Both the position numbers and the translations under genes were made by a program. Below, one piece after another: positions 1 to 11,290 of a stretch of DNA of 64,000 nt; the stretch's first letter is position 1, and the number at the start of each line of letters is the position of its first letter. Origin of the DNA: Candidatus Poribacteria bacterium. GTDB lineage: Bacteria > Poribacteria > WGA-4E > WGA-3G. The notes below the pieces were generated by a model, which was not told where the DNA came from, did not search any database, and was given only the letters and a program-made list of their open reading frames with translations. The DNA is taken from the NCBI GenBank assembly GCA_965197475.1, contig CBDANF010000003.1, positions 3,776,001-3,840,000 on the forward strand, read 5' to 3'.

Positions 1-1759
1 AAAGGAAGGATAAATGAAATACAGTATTCTCCCGATGGAAAGTTTCTTGCTGTTGCAAGTGGAATTGGTATTTGGCTTTATGATGTAACAGTATATCAAG
101 AAGCTAGTCTTCTCACTGGACATAAGGGAACAGTTGACTGCCTTGCATTTAGTCCGGATGGACGCATCCTCGCGAGTGGAAGTAGCGACTACGGCACCAT
201 CATCCTGTTGGATAGAAATACGGGGACGCAAAAAACGCTTACCGGACATACATATTTGATCTCAAACGTGGCATTCAGTCCAGATGGAAAAACACTCGCA
301 AGTGATAGTCGGGACGGCACTATCTGTTTATGGGACACAATCACTGGAGAACAGATGTATACACTCACGAAAGATTCTGAACGCCTAACTATGTTATCAT
401 TCACGCCAGATGGACAGACAATTGTGGGTGTAAGTTGGGACGACAAAATCAGTCTGTGGAATTCAATCACGGGTAAACACAAGAAGACCTTTGCTTTGCA
501 TCCCGATTGTTCTGTTACGGGCGCGGCGTTTAATCCGGATGTGAAAACAGTCGCGATTGGCAGTGACAATGGCACAATCTACCTCCACGACTTGGATACA
601 GGCAAACTCAAGATGACACTCACCGAACATAAGGAACGTATTGACAACTTAGCGTTTAGTCCTGATGGAAATACACTCGCTACTGCGTCATTCAGAGATG
701 AAACTATCCGTCTATGGGATGCCAACACAGGCAAACACAGACTAACACTCACTGGACCACAGGCGCAATATGCACACACCCGGTATGTTCGAGGCTTCGT
801 GTTTAACCCTGATGGAAAAACCCTTGCAAGTGGAAGTGGTGATGGCACTATCCGTTTTTGGGATACCCGCACTGGTGCCGAAAAACACAGATTCACTGGA
901 CATTCAGAATCTGCCTTGAGTGTTGCGTTCAACAAGGATGGCAACATCATTGCAAGTGGGTCTACCGATGATCTTGTTCGCTTGTGGAATGCGGGACACA
1001 GGACAACACATCAAAACGATCAATCGGTCTAAGGATATCACTCACTGGACACGCAGCATGCTGTTCAGTCCAGATGGAAAAATTCTTGTTTGCGGAACTG
1101 ACGAAGGTATAGGTATATGGAATTTACACACAGGTGAAAACAAGAATAAATTCTATGTGGATAGTCCCTGTACCCCCGCACTTAGTCCCGATGGGAATAC
1201 ATTTGCAAGTGGGGTTGACGAGAAAACTATATCCTTATGGGATGTACACACAGGCAAACACAAGAAAACTCTTACCGGAGATTTAGATCAGATGAGTTGC
1301 TTAGTATTCAGCCTGGATGGTAGAATTCTTGCGGGTGGGAGTTTGGACGGCACCATCCGCCTTTGGGATATTGACACTGGCAAAAACAAGACACTTAGAG
1401 GACATGTAGATTGGGTGAATGCTTTAACGTTCACCCCAGACGGAAAAACCCTTGCGAGTGGGAGTGACGACACTACCATCCGCTTTTGGGATGTTGACAC
1501 AGGCAAGAACAAGATGATGCTCAGAGGATCGGATTGGCATCACAGTTATGCGTTAGCTTTTAGTCCAGATGGAAAAACCCTTGTGAGTGGAGATAGAAGT
1601 AAGAACATCTGTCTCTTTGATGCACACACCGGTGAGCAGAAGAATACACTTACAGGTCATACTGATCAGGTCAGCAGTCTCGCGTTCAGTCCTGATGGCA
1701 ACATCCTCGTTAGCAGTAGTCATGATGGCTCTGTGCTTCTCTGGGAAATAGATCCCTAA
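1..1759 (+). CDS. WD40-repeat (beta-propeller) protein, 5'-partial, split by one frameshift at ~993-995
   Basis: Frame 1 is open from base 1 (KGRINEIQYSPDG...). Many FSPDGKTLASGS.D.TIRLWD repeats occur in ORFs 208-1032 and 920-1759. Removing one G from gcggg (991-995) joins them as LWNADTGQHIKT. Confidence 0.9.
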
Positions 1760-1887
1760 ATACTAAACCTCTCAGTGTAGACTTCCTAATTTTGATTCAG
1801 GAAGTTCAAAACTTTATATTAACCTATCTCATAAATCAAAGAAATGACGAGGACTCCGTGCCTCGCCATTTCTTTGGAGAGAAACCG

Positions 1888-2808
1888 ATGGAAATTCATC
1901 AATACACCACCGATATACAAACACCCTTAACTCAATTTTATAATCGACAAACTATCAATGTTCCACACTGTTATCCTGTAAAAGAAGAGGAAATGGCGAT
2001 TGCGTTGTGCGGTGTTACAACAGGAAAATCCGATGCTAAAGAAGGTGGACTTGATTCCGAAACTGCCTATGTAGCTATAACAGATGGTGAAGTACAGGCA
2101 CTTATTCACGTCGGTGTCGGACACATTGGAAAAAACAGAGAAGAGGACATTGGTGTTATTCGGTTTTTTGGTTACGAGCGCGGTACACGGCAGGCGGGGC
2201 AAGCAGTGCTTGAAAAGGCAGAAACTTATCTGAAAACATATAACGTTCCCAAAATTTTCGCTTTCTCATTGGACTGTCGGTATCGTTTCTATCATTTTGA
2301 GCACGCATGTTTATCCGATGCACTTGATCATGTTCAAGCACTTCTCCGCTTGAACGGTTATAGCCCTGATGACAATCAAGTCTTTTTAGATTGGGAAAAC
2401 TACGCCGTTACTCCAAGACCTTCAGATCTGCTAGTAACGCTTTCTGTAAATTGGGAACATGGACGTGGACAACGTCCGAACTGCACCGTAAAAGCCTATC
2501 AAGACGATAAGGAAGTAGGTGAGTGTAATTCTGTCTCCGGTGGAGAGTTTTCAAGTCATCCGGATGCACAAGATTGGCTTCATACCTTGTGGCTCGGTGT
2601 AGAAAATGAGTTTCAAGGACAAGGTTTGGGACGTTACCTACTCCAGTACACGCTTCAAGAAATGCATCAAATCGGATACCGACATGCAGCTATTAGCACG
2701 AATTTATACAACCATCGCGCATTTCTCTTTTACAGCAACTGTGGTTATCGGGCAGTGGATTGGACTTATGAGTTCGTTAAAGTCCTTTCAAAAGATTCTT
2801 CAAACTAA
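1888..2808 (+). CDS. GNAT family N-acetyltransferase (tandem GNAT-like)
   Basis: C-terminal motif A LGVENEFQGQGLGRYLL and N..AFLFYSNCGY. ATG 1888 follows GGAGAG and is preferred over TTG 1792. Confidence 0.8.
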   Translation: MEIHQYTTDIQTPLTQFYNRQTINVPHCYPVKEEEMAIALCGVTTGKSDAKEGGLDSETAYVAITDGEVQALIHVGVGHIGKNREEDIGVIRFFGYERGTRQAGQAVLEKAETYLKTYNVPKIFAFSLDCRYRFYHFEHACLSDALDHVQALLRLNGYSPDDNQVFLDWENYAVTPRPSDLLVTLSVNWEHGRGQRPNCTVKAYQDDKEVGECNSVSGGEFSSHPDAQDWLHTLWLGVENEFQGQGLGRYLLQYTLQEMHQIGYRHAAISTNLYNHRAFLFYSNCGYRAVDWTYEFVKVLSKDSSN

Positions 2809-2883
2809 TCTCAAATCGTTTTTTTTAAACCTTTTGCCCAAAAACCTTCCCTCTATATATTAAAACCTAATTGGGATTTTTTT

Positions 2884-4518
2884 ATGTACAATGATTTAGA
2901 ATTCATTGAAAGTCTAAAAGATGAAGAACTTATACGATTAGTACAAAACCTTAATGAAGCAGCTTTTTCTGAACTTATGTCTCGGTATACGCCACGAATC
3001 TGGCATGTGATAATAGCTAACTCGCGCCAAATTCAGGATGCTGAAGAAATACTCACAGATATATGGGTAGCAATATGGGATAACATCGGCAGGCTTAAGA
3101 AAGTAGATAGTTTTGGACCATGGCTGCAGAAAATTGCTTATACCGCTTGTAACAGGTACTACGCTTCTGCTAATCGCTCAAGAGATGAAATCCCGCACAC
3201 CGATGCAGAGTTAGTTGAGCAGATTGACCGAGAGGCAGCACCACGCTTCCGGGAAAATGAGCTTCGTACTGAGGTAAGAGAAGCAGTCCGGCATCTTCCT
3301 CAGCGGGTGCGTTCCGTTGCAGTATTGTACTATTTAGAATCATGGCGTATGAAAGAGATTGCCGAAGAGCTTGACCTGCTGATCGGCACCGTCAAGACGA
3401 AACTCAGAGAAATACGATCACTCCTGCGAAAGGAGTTTGATGTGGAACCAAACAAAGGAGAAATTATGTCGTCAGAATTTGTTCAAACGCAAAATCAAAA
3501 CGATATGGAGACATACGAAAAACTAATTACCGCAGCAACAAAAGGTGATTGTGAAGCAACAGAATTGCTAAAAGACCGATTAAAACCCTTGATCCGAAAT
3601 GTTCTTGAGAGTTTCTTTAGGAGTTATGATGATGAGATAAAAACACTTGAGTCCCGTACGTTGGGTAAGGTAATCAATTCGTTAGATTCTTTTCTATTAA
3701 TAAGATCATTCGAAACATGGGTACGGAACGTAGCTAGGCATACCGCTATACAGCATAATAACCAATATTTCTTTAACACTGTAAACCCTAATTCCAAAAG
3801 GATGAATTCAAAGAAGGTAGAACAAAAAGAGTCTTCAGGTTGCGGTTGTGGACCGCCACGCGAACTCGTTGAAGCATTTGAAAAAGCGACAATAATTCCA
3901 AAAGAACTCCTTGCAGTAAAGGTAGAATTACCGCCAACTATTGATGGGAATTTGGATGATCCTTGTTGGCAAATTGCACCCAAGGCAGTTGATTTTACCG
4001 ACAGAAATACCGGTGGTGAACTTGCCAAAAACCAAACTGAAGTCAGAATGGTCTATACCGATAAAGCGATTTATACGGGATGGTATCTTTACGATGACAA
4101 GCCTGAGGAAATCGTTGCACATCAGACAGAACATCAAGTCAGACCAAAACGCGAGGATTGGGTTTTGTTTACAATTGATCCGTTTCATACGCATCAATTT
4201 AGGGATCGGACATTTTTTATGGCAAATCCTCTTGGCAGTAAATATGTCAGTCGTCCTCCAAAAGATGTCCAAAAGAGCGATGCGCCGAACTTATGGAAGG
4301 TTGCAGCGAATATAGTGGATGACGGTTGGGTTGTTGAGATGGAGATACCATGGGAAATGTTGGATTATCCACAGACTACAACCCCTATTCAGATAGGAAT
4401 TAATTTTGACCGGTGGCACCCGAGAAATCGAGAAAATTCATGGTGGTCAAAAGCAGGTCTTCGGGAAAATGGCAGACCGGATGGACATTGGCAAGATGTG
4501 TTGCCACCACAAAAATAA
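2884..4518 (+). CDS. ECF sigma-70 factor fused to a second region-2-like segment and a C-terminal CBM9-like domain
   Basis: Region 2: DAEEILTDIW..FGPWLQKIA. Region 4: KEIAEELDLLIGTVKTKL. Second region-2-like segment: AATKGDCEA..FETWVRNVARH. CBM9-like: PPTIDGNLDDPCW..GWVVEMEIPW. Confidence 0.8.
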   Translation: MYNDLEFIESLKDEELIRLVQNLNEAAFSELMSRYTPRIWHVIIANSRQIQDAEEILTDIWVAIWDNIGRLKKVDSFGPWLQKIAYTACNRYYASANRSRDEIPHTDAELVEQIDREAAPRFRENELRTEVREAVRHLPQRVRSVAVLYYLESWRMKEIAEELDLLIGTVKTKLREIRSLLRKEFDVEPNKGEIMSSEFVQTQNQNDMETYEKLITAATKGDCEATELLKDRLKPLIRNVLESFFRSYDDEIKTLESRTLGKVINSLDSFLLIRSFETWVRNVARHTAIQHNNQYFFNTVNPNSKRMNSKKVEQKESSGCGCGPPRELVEAFEKATIIPKELLAVKVELPPTIDGNLDDPCWQIAPKAVDFTDRNTGGELAKNQTEVRMVYTDKAIYTGWYLYDDKPEEIVAHQTEHQVRPKREDWVLFTIDPFHTHQFRDRTFFMANPLGSKYVSRPPKDVQKSDAPNLWKVAANIVDDGWVVEMEIPWEMLDYPQTTTPIQIGINFDRWHPRNRENSWWSKAGLRENGRPDGHWQDVLPPQK

Positions 4519-4572
4519 TTCCGCATTCTGAAAATAAACTTGCAATTATGAGACGTTGAAACTTATACGAAG

Positions 4573-4626
4573 GTAAATGTCCGAGGTGACAATACCGTAA
4601 GTGTATTAGTCGCCTCGGACATTTAC
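4573..4626. repeat. Long imperfect hairpin (REP-like, possibly a terminator)
   Basis: gtaaatgtccgagg ... cctcggacatttac inverted repeat downstream of the sigma gene. Confidence 0.6.
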
Positions 4627-4660
4627 GGTAGCGCAATTCATTGTACTCGGACATCTGTGT

Positions 4661-4685
4661 ACGGCACGCAGAGGGTGCCTACTAC
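4661..4685. repeat. GTAG-type REP element, copy 1
   Basis: acggcacgcagagggtgcctactac matches 10579-10603 at 23 of 25 positions. Confidence 0.75.
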
Positions 4686-4785
4686 CTTTAAGCACATATT
4701 TTACATTGAATAATTTATGCATACCCTTCAATCAATTATTGTAGACTTACTACAATGAACCGATTACAATAAAAAGGAGTACACA

Positions 4786-5388
4786 ATGTTAAGGTCTTTA
4801 TCCGGGATTATAATTGTTACTTTTCTCTTAGCGGGTGTTGTCCTTGTTTCAAACATAAATGCGATCCCACAGAATGATACACAAAAATCCGATAAATCGA
4901 AAAATGAAAATCCGCCGAAACTTACCAAAAATTCAGAATTAGAATCGTTTGTTCCGCTTACACAAAGCGGCTATAAGTTAGCGATCCGTTTTGCATCTCA
5001 TGAAGATTTAAGAAAGGAACTTGCACCACTTTTCTTAAGCGAATTACGAAACATAAAAGACGTTATACTTGTTGAAAATGATAGAGAAGCCGATCTGATA
5101 ATCCCGGTTACGGCAATATGGGTACAGAAAGATAATGAAGAAAAAACGAAGTCAATTATTTCACTATGCGCTAATTTTCTCAAACCACTTGATATTGATA
5201 GGATTAAACCGAATATCATTCCAGAAAAATGGGAAGAAACTAACCAACTTCTACAAAATACATTTGTTATGGTGACGACAGCAGTTTACACGTCTTCGCT
5301 TAAGAAACTTCCGGAGTTAGTGAAAGAAGTTGTTAGCGTAATGGATAAGGAAATTTTAGAAGTTGATCGAAAAAGGCGGCGCAAATAA
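4786..5388 (+). CDS. Hypothetical exported protein
   Basis: 200-aa ORF with AAGGAG RBS and a hydrophobic N-terminal signal. No family recognised. Confidence 0.7.
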   Translation: MLRSLSGIIIVTFLLAGVVLVSNINAIPQNDTQKSDKSKNENPPKLTKNSELESFVPLTQSGYKLAIRFASHEDLRKELAPLFLSELRNIKDVILVENDREADLIIPVTAIWVQKDNEEKTKSIISLCANFLKPLDIDRIKPNIIPEKWEETNQLLQNTFVMVTTAVYTSSLKKLPELVKEVVSVMDKEILEVDRKRRRK

Positions 5389-5465
5389 ATATATCAGATT
5401 TACATCCTCAACTTATAGTGGCAAATACATTTATTGAGAAATATAAAATAAATAGACACTTATTG

Positions 5466-5570
5466 CTAGGCGCGCTTACAAAGCGCGTTTACTAATGTTA
5501 TAGACATATCGTCCCTACGGGACTAAAGAGATAGGATAACCTGTCTACAAACATATCGTCCCCACCGAAT
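5466..5570. repeat. Cluster of REP-like hairpins
   Basis: ggcgcgcttacaaagcgcgtt hairpin and two copies of acatatcgtccc (one with gtccctacgggac), related to the cluster at 24663-24830. Confidence 0.6.
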
Positions 5571-5572
5571 GC

Positions 5573-5875
5573 CATAGGTGCATGTTGAGTGCAAACGGTA
5601 ATTGAATCGAAATAGCAGATCGGTAAATTTGCATAATCTATAATCCGCTGGGCACGCACTTCATGTTTGACAGAATATTTACACATCTGCCCTAACCTGT
5701 CCCAATGAAGAATCTCTTGCATTTTGCCGGAAACCTGTGTTAGTATAGACTTTGGAACACCTTTTCTGTAGAATAAAATAGATTTGTTCTCTACATGATA
5801 CAAAAGGTGTTCCCACTTTACAACACTATTTCATAATCAAAAATACGCTGAACTTTGCTTAAATTGACAGCTATG
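5573..5875 (-). mobile_element. IS4-family-derived MITE/deletion derivative retaining the transposase 5' end
   Basis: End catagctgtcaatttaag (reverse strand at 5875) and a degenerate cataggtg end at 5573. Carries KSILTQVSGKMQEIL, homologous to 24460-24530. Flanked by REP gggtttcgctgcgctctacccaacctac. Confidence 0.65.
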
Positions 5876-5931
5876 GGTTTCGCTGCGCTCTACCCAACCT
5901 ACACTTCATTTCTTATTTTGAACTCACGTTA

Positions 5932-7188
<1,257 letters not shown>

Positions 7189-7211
7189 CTACCTCCTTCG
7201 CCATGTGATTG

Positions 7212-7730
7212 TTACCATGCCTCTTCAATCCACTCGTTGTCGTGATCTGGATTATAGATTAACCCTTTTCTAATACCATTTCTATTTGAAAAACTTACAT
7301 AACGACTATTCTTTAAAAGTCCCCCTGATAAGGGGGTTTCTTCCACGGACAAATCCCTAATGAAAGATAATTTATTAGAAATGGTATAATGTCTAAACAG
7401 AGGTCAAGTTGTTCCAGGACCATGTGTCCAACAAGGACAGGTGCATCCGCTGGCAGGTCCGTTACCGGAAGCGTTCCCTCCCGTTCCAATACGGTAAATC
7501 GCACTTCTGAATAAATAATCCGGTCTACGGTACCATTTGCGGTTTTCGCCTTTGCTCTACCGAAGGGTGTCAAGCCGAGCTGTTCAATGATCGGTTTCGG
7601 CAATGATAACCGCGTCGCCCCAGTATCAATAAGTGCGTCTTTAACAATGACACGGCGGACATCTTTAGGGTCAATAAAACCGCTGTTTGCCAAATTCAGA
7701 TCTTTAATGTTTGTAAGTACGATTTCCGTT
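7212..7730 (-). pseudogene. Clan AA (retropepsin-like) aspartyl protease, interrupted by a MITE and lacking a clear start
   Basis: ALIDTGAT catalytic motif. Removing 7274-7386 and one TAA restores ..LDLCLDI-RKGLIYNPDHDNEWIEEAW*. Confidence 0.8.
7274..7386. mobile_element. 113-bp MITE with 11-bp TIR and TAA target duplication
   Basis: TIR TACCATTTCTA/TAGAAATGGTA, TAA at 7271-7273 and 7387-7389, internal hairpin ccccctgataaggggg. Confidence 0.85.
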
Positions 7731-7879
7731 GACCGAATGAATCAAAGAATTCTTGAAAATTGTCAAAGTGGCGATGTTTTAGTTTTCAACGTTCTTATTC
7801 TAAGTATACCACACAATGCTTCCGAGTTCAAGCATTTTGCAGACACCACGCCATCATGTTCATGAGAAACCATCTGAAC

Positions 7880-9025
7880 CTAATACTCCCGTTTATGCCA
7901 ATCATCTTCCCAGAGGTTGAATGACCCTTCGCGATACGGATGCGCCGCAATGAGGTCTTCATTCAATTTCATGCCGAGTCCTGGTCCATCGGGAAGACTA
8001 AAGTATCCATCTATAACCTCTGGACAGCCGGTTGCGGCTTCTTTTACCCAAGCTTCAGAAAAATCGTTGAAATGCTCCTGAATTTTGAAGTTGGTTGTAC
8101 ATGCAGCGAAGTGCAAGGCAGTCGCTGTTGAAACCGGTCCGCCGACGTTATGTGGGGCGACCGTCATATAACACATATCTCCCATCGCAGCGATTTTCTT
8201 GGTTTCCAAAAATCCACCAGTCTGGGTAATGTCGGGTTGTAGGATATCCGCCGCTTGCAAGTTAATCAACTCGCGATACTCATATTTGCTATGAAGTCGT
8301 TCTCCTGTGGCAATAGGTAGATTGATCTTTTCAGCTGCTTTTGCGAGTGCTGCGATGTTATCAGGCGGTACCGGCTCCTCGACCCAACTCGGTTGAAATT
8401 GCTCCAATTCTGCGGCTATCTCTATTGCAGTGTACGGACTAAATCGACCATGCATCTCAACGAGTATTTCGACATCGGGTCCAACAGCATCGCGCACGGA
8501 TTCTACAAGTGAAACAGATTTCAATTTCTCCTCATAAGAGAGTTCATAATAGCCTGCCCCAAATGGATCAAACTTGAGTGCTTTATAACCTTTTTCAAGC
8601 ACCTTTTTTGCAGCATCGTGAAATTCTTCAGGTGTCCGTTCAACACGATACCAACCGTTAGCGTAAGCCTTGATTTTATTGCGGCAGGCACCGCCAAGCA
8701 AACGATAGACGGGTTGATTCAACGCCTTGCCGATAATATCCCAACACGCGATCTCAATGACGCTAATGCCAGTTGCCACGATTTCACCAGCACGTCCATA
8801 GTCGTCCCGAAACATACGTTGGTAAAGGTCTTCCGTATTGAACGGGTCGCTTCCGATAACATGTCTACGTTTTGCACCGTCAATATATGCAACGAGTGCA
8901 TCTGTGCGGTTGTTCATCCGCACCTCGCTAATACCGGTTAATCCTTCGTCAGTTTCAACTTTAACGAAAGTTAAATTTCGCCAACTTGTCCCCATTACCA
9001 GGGTAATGACATCTGTAATTTTCAT
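7880..9025 (-). CDS. Mandelate racemase/galactonate dehydratase-like enolase-superfamily enzyme
   Basis: IEIACWDIIGKALNQPVYRLLGG, KxK-like ALKFD, E-M-H..EEP..GE metal ligands, PGLG. Confidence 0.88.
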   Translation of the reverse strand: MKITDVITLVMGTSWRNLTFVKVETDEGLTGISEVRMNNRTDALVAYIDGAKRRHVIGSDPFNTEDLYQRMFRDDYGRAGEIVATGISVIEIACWDIIGKALNQPVYRLLGGACRNKIKAYANGWYRVERTPEEFHDAAKKVLEKGYKALKFDPFGAGYYELSYEEKLKSVSLVESVRDAVGPDVEILVEMHGRFSPYTAIEIAAELEQFQPSWVEEPVPPDNIAALAKAAEKINLPIATGERLHSKYEYRELINLQAADILQPDITQTGGFLETKKIAAMGDMCYMTVAPHNVGGPVSTATALHFAACTTNFKIQEHFNDFSEAWVKEAATGCPEVIDGYFSLPDGPGLGMKLNEDLIAAHPYREGSFNLWEDDWHKREY

Positions 9026-9027
9026 TG

Positions 9028-10395
9028 CTAACCTCTCGCTTCTCCTTTAGATGCGCGGCGTTGTCCGCTTCCTTGTTGCGGTGCTGGTTCAATAGTCGGT
9101 GCATCTTCACCTGCTTCAACCATCCGCCGAATAAGTCGTTCCCGCATTACTTCTGCCACATTTTCATGCGAACGAAGTCCTACGAGATTTCGCAACTCGT
9201 AGGGATCTGCGTCAAGGTCATAAAGGTACTGCTCTACATATACGTCAGAGCCAGCGTCTTTTCCGCCACTCTTTTTAGGGGCATCTACACCATATTTCCA
9301 ACGTTGGGTGCGGACAGCACGTCCTACCTGAGCTTCGCTAATTTGGACGAACACCTCATCAGGCCAATCTTCTGTTTCACCCCGCAATAACGGCAGAATC
9401 GACCGACCTTGCATCTCATCAGGCACAGCCAAACCTGCTGCATCCAGAAGTGTCGGCGGAAGGTCTACAAGACTCACGAGCTGTTGAATCTGTCCACCGC
9501 CTATGAACCTTGGTCCGTGGAAAGCCGTTGGCACGCGGATAGAACTTTCATGGCACGAACGCTTATATTCACTATTGCGCGTTTTGAAATGGCACCCGTG
9601 GTCAGAGGTGAACAGAATAATTGTATTCTCAAGTAGATGAAGGCTTTTGAGAGTATCTAATAGTCTTCCGAGTGCTTCGTCCAATCTTTTCACCATGCCG
9701 TAGTAGCCTCCTAAGTGCTGATGTGTTGAACCACCCAGCGCGGCTAAATCAGGTGGTATCCACTTCCCTGTATACCTTTCCCTATATCCATCCGGCGGCG
9801 GATAATCGTCCAGATGGTTTTGGTGATGCGGTTCAATATACGATGTAAAAAGATAGAAAGGATCGTTTTTGTGTTGGTCAACATAACGTATAACCGCATC
9901 GGTTACCGCATCTACACGATAGCCGGGCAGGTCAACAGGTTGATTGTCGTTATCAAATAGTCTTGTCTGGTATGCATCAGAGGTCATTTCCAGCACATTG
10001 GACGCTAACCAATAGTTATATCCACCGCGATGTTCAGGTGGCACAGGTCCGGGTCCAGTGCCACCTGAATAGAGGTGCCACTTTCCGATGTATCCAGTAG
10101 CGTAGCCTGCATCACCGAAATGATGGGCAAGTGTTTTAAGATTGGGTGATAACGGGATGCCGTTACGGAAACATCCAGTGCGTGTCGCGTATAGTCCGGT
10201 TTGTAGGCATGAACGCGCGGGTCCGCAGACAGGTTGACATGTAAAAGAACGGTGGACATGCGTGCCTCGTTGTGCCATCCGATCAAAGTTTGGCATTAAA
10301 TCAAGCGGATTGCCGTGCAAGCCAGAGGTGTCCCACCGCTGTTGGTCCGTAAAAAAGACAATAACATTCGGTTGATTTGCGTCAGTTTGTGACAT
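9028..10395 (-). CDS. Sulfatase (formylglycine-dependent)
   Basis: TDQQR, CGPARS (CxPxR), GKWHL, SDHG. Confidence 0.92.
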   Translation of the reverse strand: MSQTDANQPNVIVFFTDQQRWDTSGLHGNPLDLMPNFDRMAQRGTHVHRSFTCQPVCGPARSCLQTGLYATRTGCFRNGIPLSPNLKTLAHHFGDAGYATGYIGKWHLYSGGTGPGPVPPEHRGGYNYWLASNVLEMTSDAYQTRLFDNDNQPVDLPGYRVDAVTDAVIRYVDQHKNDPFYLFTSYIEPHHQNHLDDYPPPDGYRERYTGKWIPPDLAALGGSTHQHLGGYYGMVKRLDEALGRLLDTLKSLHLLENTIILFTSDHGCHFKTRNSEYKRSCHESSIRVPTAFHGPRFIGGGQIQQLVSLVDLPPTLLDAAGLAVPDEMQGRSILPLLRGETEDWPDEVFVQISEAQVGRAVRTQRWKYGVDAPKKSGGKDAGSDVYVEQYLYDLDADPYELRNLVGLRSHENVAEVMRERLIRRMVEAGEDAPTIEPAPQQGSGQRRASKGEARG

Positions 10396-10432
10396 ATCTC
10401 TGTTTTCCTCTCCTTCAGGTTTAGCTACTCAC

Positions 10433-10461
10433 ATTTTAAAGATTTTTTTGACAGATGTCAA
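10433..10461 (-). promoter_or_regulatory. Sigma70-type promoter of the sulfatase-dehydratase operon
   Basis: TTGACA-N17-TAAAAT on the minus strand. The -35 lies in a ttgacagatgtcaa palindrome. Confidence 0.65.
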
Positions 10462-10578
10462 GAGGAAAAGTAGTAGATGGTTGCAGATAAGTGTGAGAAA
10501 AGCTGTGAACAGTGATATAATTCTTACATAAACGTGAGATCAACTTAAGTGCGTAGCAAATCAACATTGAATGCGGTT

Positions 10579-10603
10579 ACGGCACGCAGAGCATGCCTAC
10601 TAC
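10579..10603. repeat. GTAG-type REP element, copy 2
   Basis: acggcacgcagagcatgcctactac, nearly identical to 4661-4685. Confidence 0.75.
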
Positions 10604-10625
10604 TTTGCATAAGGATAAAAATCGC

Positions 10626-11273
10626 TTGAAAGATTATCCGATCACAAACACTGCTATTTCGTTAGGGAATGAAACGATTCAACTGACGATTGTAGATAAC
10701 CCTGACCGTTTCTTGGATAAATTGAGTCGAGAAGATTGTGACGGCACACTCTATTTACCTTATTGGACGTATCTCTGGGAGTCTGCTATCGCTTTAGCGC
10801 GGCACGTATCGGAATTGGAGGGAACACTCTCGGGTCAACATATACTTGAGATCGGTTGCGGTTTTGGACTCGCTGGAATTGTCGCATGTAAAGCGGGTAG
10901 TAAAGTTGTTTTTACAGACTTTGAACATGACGCACTTCAATTTGCATTGCACAATTCGCAACAAAACGGCATCGATTTTGCGGTTTTTGTCCAGATGGAT
11001 TGGAACGCACCATGCTTTCAAAGCAAATTTGACGTTATCCTCGCTTCAGATGTGATATATGAGGAACAAAATTGGCAACCGATTTTAGGTTTACTTCAGA
11101 ATCTACTTACTACTGACGGTATCGCTATTTTTTCTGAACCGAATAGAAAAAATGCAGATGGATTTCTCAAATGCATCCGTGAAAACGGATTTACTTTTGA
11201 AAAATCCACCTGCTCAATTTCCTTGGATCAAAAGACAACTGAAATAAATATTTATACGATTAAGCGGGTTTAA
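10626..11273 (+). CDS. Class I SAM-dependent methyltransferase (protein-lysine methyltransferase, Methyltransf_16-like)
   Basis: PYW..LWESAIALA, ILEIGCGFGLAG and DVILASDVIYE motifs. ATG 10593 lies inside a REP, so TTG 10626 is the more likely start. Confidence 0.85.
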   Translation: MKDYPITNTAISLGNETIQLTIVDNPDRFLDKLSREDCDGTLYLPYWTYLWESAIALARHVSELEGTLSGQHILEIGCGFGLAGIVACKAGSKVVFTDFEHDALQFALHNSQQNGIDFAVFVQMDWNAPCFQSKFDVILASDVIYEEQNWQPILGLLQNLLTTDGIAIFSEPNRKNADGFLKCIRENGFTFEKSTCSISLDQKTTEINIYTIKRV

Positions 11274-11290
11274 TGAGAAGGATTTTGGAA

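Noticed and set aside
2821-2860. Autoregulatory ECF promoter upstream of the sigma gene
   Set aside because: AAAC is present but there is no CGT/GTC -10 element at 16-17 bp spacing.
5498-5803. ORFs 5498-5803 and 24333-24545 as small protein genes
   Set aside because: Both run through IS4 remnant and REP sequence. The shared peptide is only a transposase start stub.
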